From Bacteroidota bacterium (GTDB lineage: Bacteria > Bacteroidota > Bacteroidia > Chitinophagales > UBA10324): a stretch of 64,000 nt of DNA. Shown piece after piece: positions 35,020 through 44,464 of the stretch (the first letter of the stretch is position 1; every line of letters starts with the position of its first letter). The position numbers were made by a program, and so were the translations under genes. The DNA is taken from positions 21,569-85,568 of the forward strand of contig BJGQ01000001.1 in NCBI GenBank assembly GCA_014190575.1. Reading direction: 5' to 3'. The notes under the pieces were generated by a model. It was not told the DNA's origin and did not search any database. It worked only from the letters and a program-made list of their open reading frames with translations.

Positions 35020-38000
35020 TTATCGTACTAAAGTTACATTGCCACTTGTAATTATATTTTCGCCATGCTCCATTATAGCATTTAACTCCCAAACATATAC
35101 ATCCATATCCTGAGGTTTTCCTTTGTAAACACCGTCCCATCCGATATTTCTGTCCGATGTTTCAAAAACTTTTTCTCCCCAACGGTTAAAAACTTTCAAG
35201 TTAAAACTGATTATCCCCTGCCCTTCTACATTAAAAAACCCATTCACACATGCAGTAGCAGCATTTGGAGGACAAGGATGAAATGCATTAGGAACTCCAA
35301 TAGCTTGAGGCAAGAGCACTGTTACTTTTTTACAAATTGAATCCGGACAAGGAGTGTTCGTATTAACTCTTAAACAAACATGAAAATCACCGCCATCTTG
35401 ATAGGTATGCAATGGACTGAAATCACTTGAATTTTCACCATCACCAAAAATCCAGAAGTATTCCAAGCCACCTATTGTTAAATTAGTGAATTGAATTGGA
35501 GAACCTAGCATAACAGTTGTGGGTGAAGCAGTAAAATCAGGAATTGGGGGTGGTGCAAAAACAGAAACAGTACTTGTAGCAGTATCAGCAAGATTACAGG
35601 CTACAGGATTAGAGCCTACAACTGTTACAATATAATTCCCTGGAAATAAATAAGTATGAGTTGGGTTTTGTAAATTGGAAGTTGGAGAACCATCTCCAAA
35701 ATCCCAAATTATTGAAGTTTGTGAATGACCAGTATAAAAGAAATTGCAATCTAAGGGTACACATCCGTTAATATCCGGATTACCTATTGTAGCATCAACT
35801 CTTGGGAATACAGTAATTGTTTGTGAAACAGTATCCCCTGGATTACAGGCCGTTGAATCGTAAATGATAAGAGTAATTGTATAAGTAATAATTGCTTCAC
35901 TGTCGTTGAAATATACATGCGTAATATTTTGCCCCGTTCCAATAGTCCCATCGCCAAAAGTCCAACTGAATTGTGTGGCTGCTCCAGAACTTGTTCCTGA
36001 AAAATTGACAATTACTGAATCACATAAATCATTAACAATTGCGTTGAAGTTGGCATTTACAAAAGTATTTAAAACAACAACTGAAGTATATGCTGTATCA
36101 GGACCAAAACAACTTGTAGGATTATCTGCAATAAGCATTACACTATAAGTGCCTGGAATGGTATAAGTAAAAGTTGGTTGAAAAAGTGTGGAGGTTGTTT
36201 GAGCGGCATCACCAAAATCCCAGAAATACACAGTTGCATTAACACTGTTATTTACAAAATTCACCGTTAAAGGAGCGCAACCTGTTGCAGCAGGATCAGC
36301 AATTGCCTGAGCTGTTACTTCAAACAAATTGATTTCCATTTTAAAACCAAGCTCATTGCAATTAGGGCTGTTATTGGTTGTACTCCATACTCCTGCTGTA
36401 GTTGGTGTTAAATCATTACCACCACAACCCGCACAAATTGCCTCGTATATAATTCCTCGTTTATCAAATCGGCTGGTTCCACCATCCACATGCTCAATGC
36501 CACCGTTACCTCCAAAATAAGTTCCGTATAAAAGTTGTTGTGCGTTACTGCTTAAAGCAATTATGTAAAAATCAGTTCCATCAGTGGTACTTTGAAAAGC
36601 ATCTGTAGTCAATGGCATATTTGTCATATCAGTAGTATGACCAAATGTTGCTGAGTTTGTTCCCCAACCACATACATAAATGTTACCACAAGTGTCAACC
36701 AGAAAAGCTGTAGGCGAAATATTCGAGGCCCCGTTTCCGTTACCAAAAACAGTTGAAAAAGTTATTGATGAAAGATTAGGTGCAAGTTTTGCAATAAACT
36801 GTCCGCTGTTTGGATTTGAATAAACTCCGGCTGATACCGGAAAACCCCCTCCTTCTGATAGCCCAACAACAAACACATCTTCCAACTCATCCAATTTCAC
36901 ATTGTATGATTGGTCGGCATTCGCGGTTCCTAAAAAAGTTGACGCAAGCACTGTTGTTCCGGTTGCATTAAGGTGGCACAAAAAGCCATCAAACAAACCA
37001 CCCAGATAAGCCGGATTTAAAACTCCAGCAGTAGTTGGGAAATTGACACTCTGTGTTCCGCCACAAACAAAAACACTGTTATCGTTTTTAATATCAATGG
37101 AGTAACAAGCATCATCCTGATTGCCTCCAAGGTAAGTGGAATAACTCAATGCCGTACAATTCGGATTCAGTTTAAAAACACAACCATCCTGCGCCCCACC
37201 CCATGCAGTTTGAAATGCACCGGCCGAAGTAGGAAAATCAGATGACGAGGTACATGAGCTCACATAAATATTATTTGATGCATCACAAATAATTTCCCCT
37301 CGTGCATCATCACCATAATTGTATTTCAGATTGCCCAATAAAAATTCAGTTGGATTAAAATTCACACCATCAGGGCCACTGCCTCCAATGTAAGTCGAAC
37401 CAATTAATGCAGTACCACCCAGATTAAATACAGTAACCGACATATCAGCATCGCCGTTATAGGTAGGGTCATAAGCTCCTGCTGTTACCGGAAAATTCGG
37501 AGAATAAGTTCTGCCATAAACACAAAGCTGATTATTTGTATTTACAAATAAGCTATGCGGAGTTTCATTATCATTTCCGCCCAAATAAGTAGAGTAAATT
37601 AACAACGAACCTGTGCTGTTAAATTTCGATATTCCCATATCGCACGGAAATTGAATTCCACTTGTGCTGGTGCCCCCGCCAAAGGTTAATTGAAATGCGC
37701 CGGCTGTTGTTGGATAAACACCACCGAACTGAACCGTATTAACATAACCACCCATGTATAAATTTCCTGCATCATCATAAGTTGCGGTATAACCAAAATT
37801 ATCGGCTGTAGAACCCGTGTAAGTCGAAAAAATAAGCGTTGGATCAATTATTAAATCCTTTTCAATATTAAAATTCTCCTGCAGTTTAAATTGCAAAACA
37901 TTACTCTGCAATTCATACCTGCATTTTACCGGCACTATATCCCAGTTTATTTTCTGATACGAAAAAGGTGATGCTTCAATAATTTCTCCAACCGATGTTT

Positions 38001-38565
38001 TAATGTGCAGGGTGCTGTTACTTACATCCATGGCATCAGTTCCTTCATACGAAATTTTAATGTCATTCACATTTCCACCAGGGTGAACAATAAAATCATA
38101 CTTCATGGTCAGCCCGCTTCCATAAACTTTGAAGTCAATGTTCGGATATAAATTCAAATAAGTAATTGCCTGAAAAGCTTTCACCTCGCTTGCCCATTTC
38201 AACGGATCGTTGCCAATAAAATAATTATAATACTCCGGCGATGGCGACTCTTTTACAATTACCGGATTCGGGTTCGCCCCTTCAAAATGCATTTTATAAA
38301 TATGACCGTGCAGGGTAACCACAGGCTCTTTTCTCGGATGCAGCTTACGCAAATCATTTCCATCCAGCAATTTAAAAGTAATGGTATTGTTCTCCAGATA
38401 AATACACCCGCCGTTTAAAAACCCAATAAAATTTATACGCTCGTCCCACTGATTTTTGTTTTCACGAAAATGCAACTCTTGTGCAGGGCCGCCGCCATCA
38501 TGAGCAAATGCAAGCGCACCATTCAAAATATAAATAATACTTAATAATGCTATCCTTAACTTCAT
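35020..38565 (-). CDS. Large surface adhesin-like protein with beta-propeller (SBBP-like) repeats, four PKD domains and a T9SS type-B (gliding-motility-associated) CTD
   Basis: Signal peptide. Repeated 'YSTYLGG...' segments. Four PKD cores ('FWDFGDA', 'SWTFGDG', 'IWDFGDG', 'FWIFGDG'). C-terminus 'VPNAF...LKVFNRWGEKVFET...GWDGVYKGKPQDMDVYVW...GNVTLVR'. Confidence 0.8.
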   Translation of the reverse strand: MKLRIALLSIIYILNGALAFAHDGGGPAQELHFRENKNQWDERINFIGFLNGGCIYLENNTITFKLLDGNDLRKLHPRKEPVVTLHGHIYKMHFEGANPNPVIVKESPSPEYYNYFIGNDPLKWASEVKAFQAITYLNLYPNIDFKVYGSGLTMKYDFIVHPGGNVNDIKISYEGTDAMDVSNSTLHIKTSVGEIIEASPFSYQKINWDIVPVKCRYELQSNVLQFKLQENFNIEKDLIIDPTLIFSTYTGSTADNFGYTATYDDAGNLYMGGYVNTVQFGGVYPTTAGAFQLTFGGGTSTSGIQFPCDMGISKFNSTGSLLIYSTYLGGNDNETPHSLFVNTNNQLCVYGRTYSPNFPVTAGAYDPTYNGDADMSVTVFNLGGTALIGSTYIGGSGPDGVNFNPTEFLLGNLKYNYGDDARGEIICDASNNIYVSSCTSSSDFPTSAGAFQTAWGGAQDGCVFKLNPNCTALSYSTYLGGNQDDACYSIDIKNDNSVFVCGGTQSVNFPTTAGVLNPAYLGGLFDGFLCHLNATGTTVLASTFLGTANADQSYNVKLDELEDVFVVGLSEGGGFPVSAGVYSNPNSGQFIAKLAPNLSSITFSTVFGNGNGASNISPTAFLVDTCGNIYVCGWGTNSATFGHTTDMTNMPLTTDAFQSTTDGTDFYIIALSSNAQQLLYGTYFGGNGGIEHVDGGTSRFDKRGIIYEAICAGCGGNDLTPTTAGVWSTTNNSPNCNELGFKMEINLFEVTAQAIADPAATGCAPLTVNFVNNSVNATVYFWDFGDAAQTTSTLFQPTFTYTIPGTYSVMLIADNPTSCFGPDTAYTSVVVLNTFVNANFNAIVNDLCDSVIVNFSGTSSGAATQFSWTFGDGTIGTGQNITHVYFNDSEAIITYTITLIIYDSTACNPGDTVSQTITVFPRVDATIGNPDINGCVPLDCNFFYTGHSQTSIIWDFGDGSPTSNLQNPTHTYLFPGNYIVTVVGSNPVACNLADTATSTVSVFAPPPIPDFTASPTTVMLGSPIQFTNLTIGGLEYFWIFGDGENSSDFSPLHTYQDGGDFHVCLRVNTNTPCPDSICKKVTVLLPQAIGVPNAFHPCPPNAATACVNGFFNVEGQGIISFNLKVFNRWGEKVFETSDRNIGWDGVYKGKPQDMDVYVWELNAIMEHGENIITSGNVTLVR

Positions 38566-38668
38566 GTGGTTAAATCTTCCATAAAGTTATCATTATTTAT
38601 CTCACAACTAAAAATTGTTTAAAAAGAAAACATTACCTGTTCAAAAAAATCGTATTCTATTCTATACT

Positions 38669-38705
38669 AAAATAAAAATTGCTATCAGTTTTCACCGACA
38701 GCAAT
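38669..38705 (-). terminator. Rho-independent terminator of the 38738-39943 gene
   Basis: On the minus strand ATTGCTGTC pairs with GATAGCAAT (9 bp, one G-U), followed by TTTTTATTTT. Confidence 0.55.
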
Positions 38706-38737
38706 TTCCTCTTTATTGAATTTCTCCAATTAAAATT

Positions 38738-39943
38738 TTATATCTTAATCAACTTCAAAGCTTGCTTTATTCCATTCAATTCCACATTCACCAGATACAT
38801 TCCTGACGAAATAGTTTCTGTCCGCAATAAAATTTTATTGGTACCTGATTGAATAGATGAATATTTTTCAAAAACTTTCTTTCCAGAAAGATCAACAATA
38901 CACACTTGAGCATTTCCTGAAAAAGTGCTTTGAATTTGAACTATTGAATTTTCTCCTTCAATCACAACCGCCGGAAAAATATTTATGTCGAAGGCTGAAG
39001 GCTGTGATTCGTTAATTCCAACTTCATTGCTAGTTAATTTGAAAGCCATATCCAAATGATAATATCCGCTTGAATAAGCTGTGCCAGGAATGTATTTACC
39101 ACTCCATCCTAAAGTATCATAATTATACCTTACTTCATTTGTAACCAATAAACCATTGTTATAAAAATATTTATTATCAGTAATGTCCTTATCCTTGAAA
39201 TCATAAATAGCAAAGGCATTAATTCTGTGCGTTGCAACAATTGTCGGGTCAATTGTATCACCAATAGAATAATTGTTTCCCGGAAAATAAGTAACAGTTG
39301 CAGCAACCTTTTGTCCTGCACTAATATTAATTCCAACCGGAAGATATATTGTGCGCTGAGTTGCAGTTGAAGTATCACTGTAATTTAATAATATAGTATA
39401 TTCATAACTGGCAGTATCACCTTTACGCAATTGGTAATTATAATTTACACGAGCCCAACTGCGGTTGTCATTCCAAGGGTCAGCAGAAAATTCTATCCGA
39501 TCATTTTTATAAATCTGAAACACCAAAGTATCAGGCGCCTGATTTTGAAAACGATAATAACGGTATTGAAGAGAAATGCTATCCAACGAATACGATGCAT
39601 TCGCATCGATAAGAGTATTATTTATTAATGACGGAGATGATGGATCACAAACTTCGCCATACGAATGCTTCCAAACCCCGGCCATGCTACCCGAAAAATC
39701 AGCTTTTACAGTTGAATCAGGAAACAAATAATTTTTATAATACAAACAATTTCCTCCTTGGTTCTTAATGGTTCTGCCATAGTTATACCATTCCGAAACA
39801 TATTGCCTGTTACTCATTGTTGCAGCGGGCGAAGTATTAATATAATTTTCTTCCACCTCATTTGTTTGCATCAACAAAGGAACTTGAGCCAAAGCAACCG
39901 AAAGATTTAGCAGCAAAAGCGAAACTGAAAAAAGATATTTCAT
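38738..39943 (-). CDS. T9SS CTD cargo protein, function unknown
   Basis: Signal peptide 'LSVALAQ'. The C-terminal roughly 80 aa is CTD-like ('INIFPAVV...SGMYLVNVELNG...LKLIKI'), with a degenerate PNP motif. Confidence 0.65.
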   Translation of the reverse strand: MKYLFSVSLLLLNLSVALAQVPLLMQTNEVEENYINTSPAATMSNRQYVSEWYNYGRTIKNQGGNCLYYKNYLFPDSTVKADFSGSMAGVWKHSYGEVCDPSSPSLINNTLIDANASYSLDSISLQYRYYRFQNQAPDTLVFQIYKNDRIEFSADPWNDNRSWARVNYNYQLRKGDTASYEYTILLNYSDTSTATQRTIYLPVGINISAGQKVAATVTYFPGNNYSIGDTIDPTIVATHRINAFAIYDFKDKDITDNKYFYNNGLLVTNEVRYNYDTLGWSGKYIPGTAYSSGYYHLDMAFKLTSNEVGINESQPSAFDINIFPAVVIEGENSIVQIQSTFSGNAQVCIVDLSGKKVFEKYSSIQSGTNKILLRTETISSGMYLVNVELNGIKQALKLIKI

Positions 39944-39999
39944 TTTAAAAACTGTTTGATTAAAAGTAAAATGATTTTGAAATTATGCGAAAGAAATTT

Positions 40000-42900
40000 T
40001 TAAAAACTTTTTCCAATTCCAATCATCCATCTGAAATTATAATAATATTTTTCTTCATACGGTAGTGAAGATACAAACATTGGAAAATCAACACGAATAG
40101 TAAATTGTTTTATTTCTTCAAACTTGAAAAATCTTTTTATCGTGAACAAATAACCAATTCCTTCATCAATACGAATAGGTTGTAATTTTTGAATACCATT
40201 GGAGCGAATCGCACTAATATTTCCTGCATCAACGAAAAAGTATGGTTCAAATTTTAAAGTGTTGCGCAAAAATTTTGGAGAGAAATTCCAAAGTCGGTCA
40301 AACTGGATTTCAATATTCACTGCAGCACCACTCATGCCTTTATAGGTTGTAACTATATCACCATTTACAATTTCAGGAGCAAGATAACCTGTATAACCAC
40401 GAAGATTTAATCCGCCGCCATCCTGAAAATGATTAATGGAAGACCCGAACTGAGTCCACGCAGCAGGAAAATAACCAACACTGCGAGTGAATTTATCATC
40501 CATCATTCCTTCCGGATTATTTCCGCTCAACCACAATTTACTTTCTTCAGGAATTGTTCCTGTTGCATATTGCGCGAACACACGAGTATCAATATCAAAT
40601 TTCCAAAACTTATTGTGGTTAATTAATTCAGCATTGAGCCATGAATAATTCGATTCGCTTTTTAAAGCCGTGGCGCGCAAATTCATTTTCAAAATACTGT
40701 TTCCTCCAATGTAATTGAAGTTGTGTTTCCAATCGAAGTTCAAAGAATTATTCCAATCTCTTGTTGACCATTCTTCCGGAAACAAGAGATACCTGTTATC
40801 AGAAAATGGACGAGCGTCAATTTCCTCCGTTTTTGCGCTTGCTCTTCTCAGCATTCCATTAAAATAAATATTGAATACATCTTTTCCTCCGGCCACTATT
40901 TCCAATCCGACTTTCCCTCTCGACAATCCATCAAGATGTCGGAGACTCAAATTCCAGTTCACATATTTTGGAAAGGCCCGAATGTTATCCTTGTAATCAA
41001 AAGTGAATGACAATGGAAATACTTTATTCAATTGTGTTTCACTTAAATTATAATTAAAAGTTTTCTGCTGTAAAAGTTTTGAATTCCACCAAACATTCAA
41101 ATCAAAAACATGCCGCCACTTCATGTAATCACCTTCGAAGTGCAGCCCGGGTTTTATTCCATCCACTGCATTGTACCAAACATCAGGTCGCCACTTTACA
41201 ACATAATGTTTCCAGTCAGTATTTAAAATCTGCGAATCAAATTTCCACTTGGTTGAACACTTCCAACTATTGTTCGGCATATAAATATCCGCTAACCGAT
41301 TGCTCGGGTCAATGGTTACATTTTTTATTTTGGATGATGAAGTAATTGTTGCTGTGTAAGTCGGATTTAATTTATCCCAACCGTACCATTTCGGAAGCAC
41401 AGTGACATCAGATGATTTTGCAAACCATGTATTCGGCACAGTGTAGAGTTGTGTTTTACCATCCTTTGTTTCAACCGAAAAATCAATCGGCATTTGCATT
41501 CTTGCTTTTCGTTTGAAAGTGATTTCGTATTTATCTTTTTCGCCGCTAACTTTTTTAACACAAGAAATTTTGTAATCAATATTTTTAGTGGTTTCCATCC
41601 ACTCATCAAAAAACCAATTCAAATCAACATGTGTGTATTGAATCACACTGTTCCTGAAATCTTCAAAGTACGGGTGACAGAATTTCCATTGAGCGAAATA
41701 ATGTTTCATGGCCGCGTTGAATAACGAATCGCCCAATACATATTGTAAATTCCAAAGCATTGTTGCCGTTTTAAAATACACATGCCGGTAACCACCACCA
41801 TGACCAAGCGCGCTGTTAAACATATCGCTGTGCTGATTAATTGTTTCATCAGCATTCTTAATTGCATCATTCAGATAACCCTGATACACCTCTCCATCAC
41901 GCACCAAAACAGAATCTTTGAAATGACTGTAGTAACCCTTCTTCATGTATCCGCGAGGCATATATTTTCCGGTGAGTTTCGGCAGGCACCATGATTCTAA
42001 AAATTGGGTGAAGCCTTCATCCAACGCAGCGCGATAAGTTTCGTTGTTCGCCACCATTCCATAAAACCATTCGTGCCCCGCTTCGTGCGCAATTAAATCA
42101 TAATTGTCGGGTTCATATCCGCCATCTAAGTTCAGCATGTTGTATTCCATTCCATCCTGCGCATCGCATATCACCAGCTTAGGCCACGCATACATTCCGA
42201 AATCAGTTGAATAAGTTTTTACAACAGCAGCAGCAAATATTGCCGCGCTTTGCCAACCAATGCAGTGCGGTTCTTCGCACATGGCAATCACTCTTATGTT
42301 GTTCCATGTTGCTTCACCAATGCGATAAGTAGGGTCAGCAGTGAAAGCAAAGTCATGAACATTCTCAGCATAATACTTCCATGTTTTCCGTTCGCCTTTT
42401 ATGTATGGAATAATAACTGATGGTTCAGAGTTCCACGGTTTCTTTGCGAATTTTTTTATATCTAATTTTTGGCGAAGCGAATCAGGCATCACTTCATTTT
42501 CATTTTGCAAAGTACCTGTTGCTTCCACAATAAAGTTGTTCGCGAAATTTAAATTCACTTCGCAAGTTCCGAAGTCGCCATAAAATTCTTTTCCTAAATG
42601 CTGATTAGTATCCCAACCAAATTTCCGGTCATACACACAAATGCGCGGATACCAATGCACACCATCGTAATGCGTGTATCCCCATGCATTAAATTTTTTA
42701 AACCGCCGGCGCTCGCTTCCGTTATCCCAGTATGTTTTAAAATTTATTTCGAATGAAGTGCTGTCGTTTGGCAGTAATGTTTTTGGCAAATAAACTTTCA
42801 CCAATGTGTAATCCCATTCTGTTTTTAAGTCAACACCGTTTGATTTTATGCTTTCCATTTTACAACCCAGCCCCTGTGCTTCATACTTCCCGAATTTTTC

Positions 42901-43242
42901 TTTCACCTTATTGTTCCTTACCAGATTGGCTTGTGGTCCGCCTTTTAAAGTCATATTCTGATACAAATGAAAATATACATAAGTTAAAGTGTCGGGCGAG
43001 TTGTTCCAGTATTTCAGCGTTTCGTTTCCTGAAACTATATCTGAGTCTTCATTAATTGTTGCATCAATTTTATAATACACATCCTGCTGCCAGTACCCCG
43101 CAAACGGCATTCTGTTTTTCCAATACAACGGATTGCTCTTGCTTCTGTATTCGTTGGGAGGAGAATTCGGATTGAAATTTTGAGCAGAAACAAAAAATGA
43201 AAAGTGAAAAATGAAAAGTGAAAAGCAAATTAATTTTTTCAT
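40000..43242 (-). CDS. M1-family zinc metallopeptidase domain fused to a C-terminal Omp85-like beta-barrel
   Basis: The Met at 43242 gives the signal peptide '...FFVSAQ'. 'DGMEYNM' (GxMEN-like), 'HEAGHEWFYG', then the Glu of 'ALDEGFT' 18 residues after the second His. C-terminal 'GGLNLRGYTGY', 'YFFVDAGN' and terminal 'IGIGKSF'. Confidence 0.75.
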   Translation of the reverse strand: MKKLICFSLFIFHFSFFVSAQNFNPNSPPNEYRSKSNPLYWKNRMPFAGYWQQDVYYKIDATINEDSDIVSGNETLKYWNNSPDTLTYVYFHLYQNMTLKGGPQANLVRNNKVKEKFGKYEAQGLGCKMESIKSNGVDLKTEWDYTLVKVYLPKTLLPNDSTSFEINFKTYWDNGSERRRFKKFNAWGYTHYDGVHWYPRICVYDRKFGWDTNQHLGKEFYGDFGTCEVNLNFANNFIVEATGTLQNENEVMPDSLRQKLDIKKFAKKPWNSEPSVIIPYIKGERKTWKYYAENVHDFAFTADPTYRIGEATWNNIRVIAMCEEPHCIGWQSAAIFAAAVVKTYSTDFGMYAWPKLVICDAQDGMEYNMLNLDGGYEPDNYDLIAHEAGHEWFYGMVANNETYRAALDEGFTQFLESWCLPKLTGKYMPRGYMKKGYYSHFKDSVLVRDGEVYQGYLNDAIKNADETINQHSDMFNSALGHGGGYRHVYFKTATMLWNLQYVLGDSLFNAAMKHYFAQWKFCHPYFEDFRNSVIQYTHVDLNWFFDEWMETTKNIDYKISCVKKVSGEKDKYEITFKRKARMQMPIDFSVETKDGKTQLYTVPNTWFAKSSDVTVLPKWYGWDKLNPTYTATITSSSKIKNVTIDPSNRLADIYMPNNSWKCSTKWKFDSQILNTDWKHYVVKWRPDVWYNAVDGIKPGLHFEGDYMKWRHVFDLNVWWNSKLLQQKTFNYNLSETQLNKVFPLSFTFDYKDNIRAFPKYVNWNLSLRHLDGLSRGKVGLEIVAGGKDVFNIYFNGMLRRASAKTEEIDARPFSDNRYLLFPEEWSTRDWNNSLNFDWKHNFNYIGGNSILKMNLRATALKSESNYSWLNAELINHNKFWKFDIDTRVFAQYATGTIPEESKLWLSGNNPEGMMDDKFTRSVGYFPAAWTQFGSSINHFQDGGGLNLRGYTGYLAPEIVNGDIVTTYKGMSGAAVNIEIQFDRLWNFSPKFLRNTLKFEPYFFVDAGNISAIRSNGIQKLQPIRIDEGIGYLFTIKRFFKFEEIKQFTIRVDFPMFVSSLPYEEKYYYNFRWMIGIGKSF

Positions 43243-43354
43243 GAAGTGAAATCTTGTGGCTTCGAAAATAATCAACTGAAGGTTGCAAAAAAGTTTTTTG
43301 AATCAATCACTTCCTTCTTTCTGAAATGAAATTATTTTTAACGAAATAACTTTT

Positions 43355-44464
43355 ATGCTATCAAATGAAAAATTAAAATATGCGATTGCACTTTCCCGTA
43401 TTGCGGGAGTGGGTGATGTGATTGCAAAAACTTTAGTGAGTTATTGCAGCGGAGTTGAAAATATTTTTTCAAAAAAGAAATCGCAGTTATTAAAAGTGCC
43501 CGGCATTGGACCCATCCTCGCTGATGCAATTGTGAATTACACTGATTTTTCCAATGAAGAAAAAGAAATTGCTTTTTTAAGGAAACATAAAATTCAAACT
43601 GTTTTTTTTACCGATGCAAATTATCCGCTCGGTTTAAAACAAGTAAGCGATTCGCCCATTTTACTTTTTCAGAAAGGTGAATTGAATCTGAATGAAGGGC
43701 GATTTATTTCATTGGTTGGAACACGCAACGCAACTGATTATGGAAAGGAGTGGACTTCAAAATTCATTGAAGAAATTGCTGCGTATCATCCAACTATTGT
43801 TAGTGGATTAGCATTTGGAATTGACATAGCCGCACATCGTGCAGCTTTGAAATATGGATTGAAAACCATTGCAGTACTTGGTCATCCGTTAAACACAATT
43901 TATCCCGGACAACACCGAAGCACTGCTGAAAAAATTATTGAACAAGGTTGCCTGCTCACCGAGTTTTCTACTTTGGATGAATTCAGAAAAGAAAATTTTC
44001 CGGAGCGAAACCGTATTGTTGCAGGTATGTGCGAAGCTACCATTGTTGTTGAATCAGCAGCGAAAGGTGGTGCACTCATCACTGCGGAAATAGCGAGCAG
44101 TTATAACAAAGATGTATTTGCAGTACCCGGCAGAATAGGCGATCAGTATTCAGCCGGATGCAATTATTTAATCAAGCAAAACAAAGCTGCACTTATTGAA
44201 AATGCTGAAGAGTTTGTTCAGGTAATGAACTGGCAAAGTGACGAAAAGAAAAATGCCCCAATAAAACAGCGGCAATTATTTCCTGAGTTGGATGCGAATG
44301 AGCAATTAGCAGTTGATATGATTCAGCAACGAGAAACCATACATGTTGATGAACTTATGCTTCAATTAAAATTAAGCAGCAGTCAGTTTGCAGCAGCAGT
44401 GCTTGGGCTTGAATTAAAAGGAGTGATAAAAGTTATGCCCGGAAAAATGTATAAGCTGAACTAA
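43355..44464 (+). CDS. dprA: DNA-processing protein DprA
   Basis: 'SLVGTRNATDYG', 'VSGLAFGIDIAAHRAAL', 'FPERNRIVAGM' and a C-terminal winged-helix-like region. 369 aa. Confidence 0.88.
   Translation: MLSNEKLKYAIALSRIAGVGDVIAKTLVSYCSGVENIFSKKKSQLLKVPGIGPILADAIVNYTDFSNEEKEIAFLRKHKIQTVFFTDANYPLGLKQVSDSPILLFQKGELNLNEGRFISLVGTRNATDYGKEWTSKFIEEIAAYHPTIVSGLAFGIDIAAHRAALKYGLKTIAVLGHPLNTIYPGQHRSTAEKIIEQGCLLTEFSTLDEFRKENFPERNRIVAGMCEATIVVESAAKGGALITAEIASSYNKDVFAVPGRIGDQYSAGCNYLIKQNKAALIENAEEFVQVMNWQSDEKKNAPIKQRQLFPELDANEQLAVDMIQQRETIHVDELMLQLKLSSSQFAAAVLGLELKGVIKVMPGKMYKLN

Noticed and set aside
35009-35140. A 44-aa N-terminal extension of the PorP/SprF ORF that overlaps the adhesin gene's 3' end.
   Set aside because: The Cys/Gly-rich extension has no homology logic. 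The Met at 35008 gives a signal peptide followed by the conserved PorP/SprF N-terminus.
44461-44464. Convergent dprA and CotH-like genes whose stop codons overlap (CTAA).
   Set aside because: The overlap is real in the sequence, but tight convergent packing also occurs at 28670/28680 and 59838/59851. It reflects a compact genome rather than a specific mechanism.
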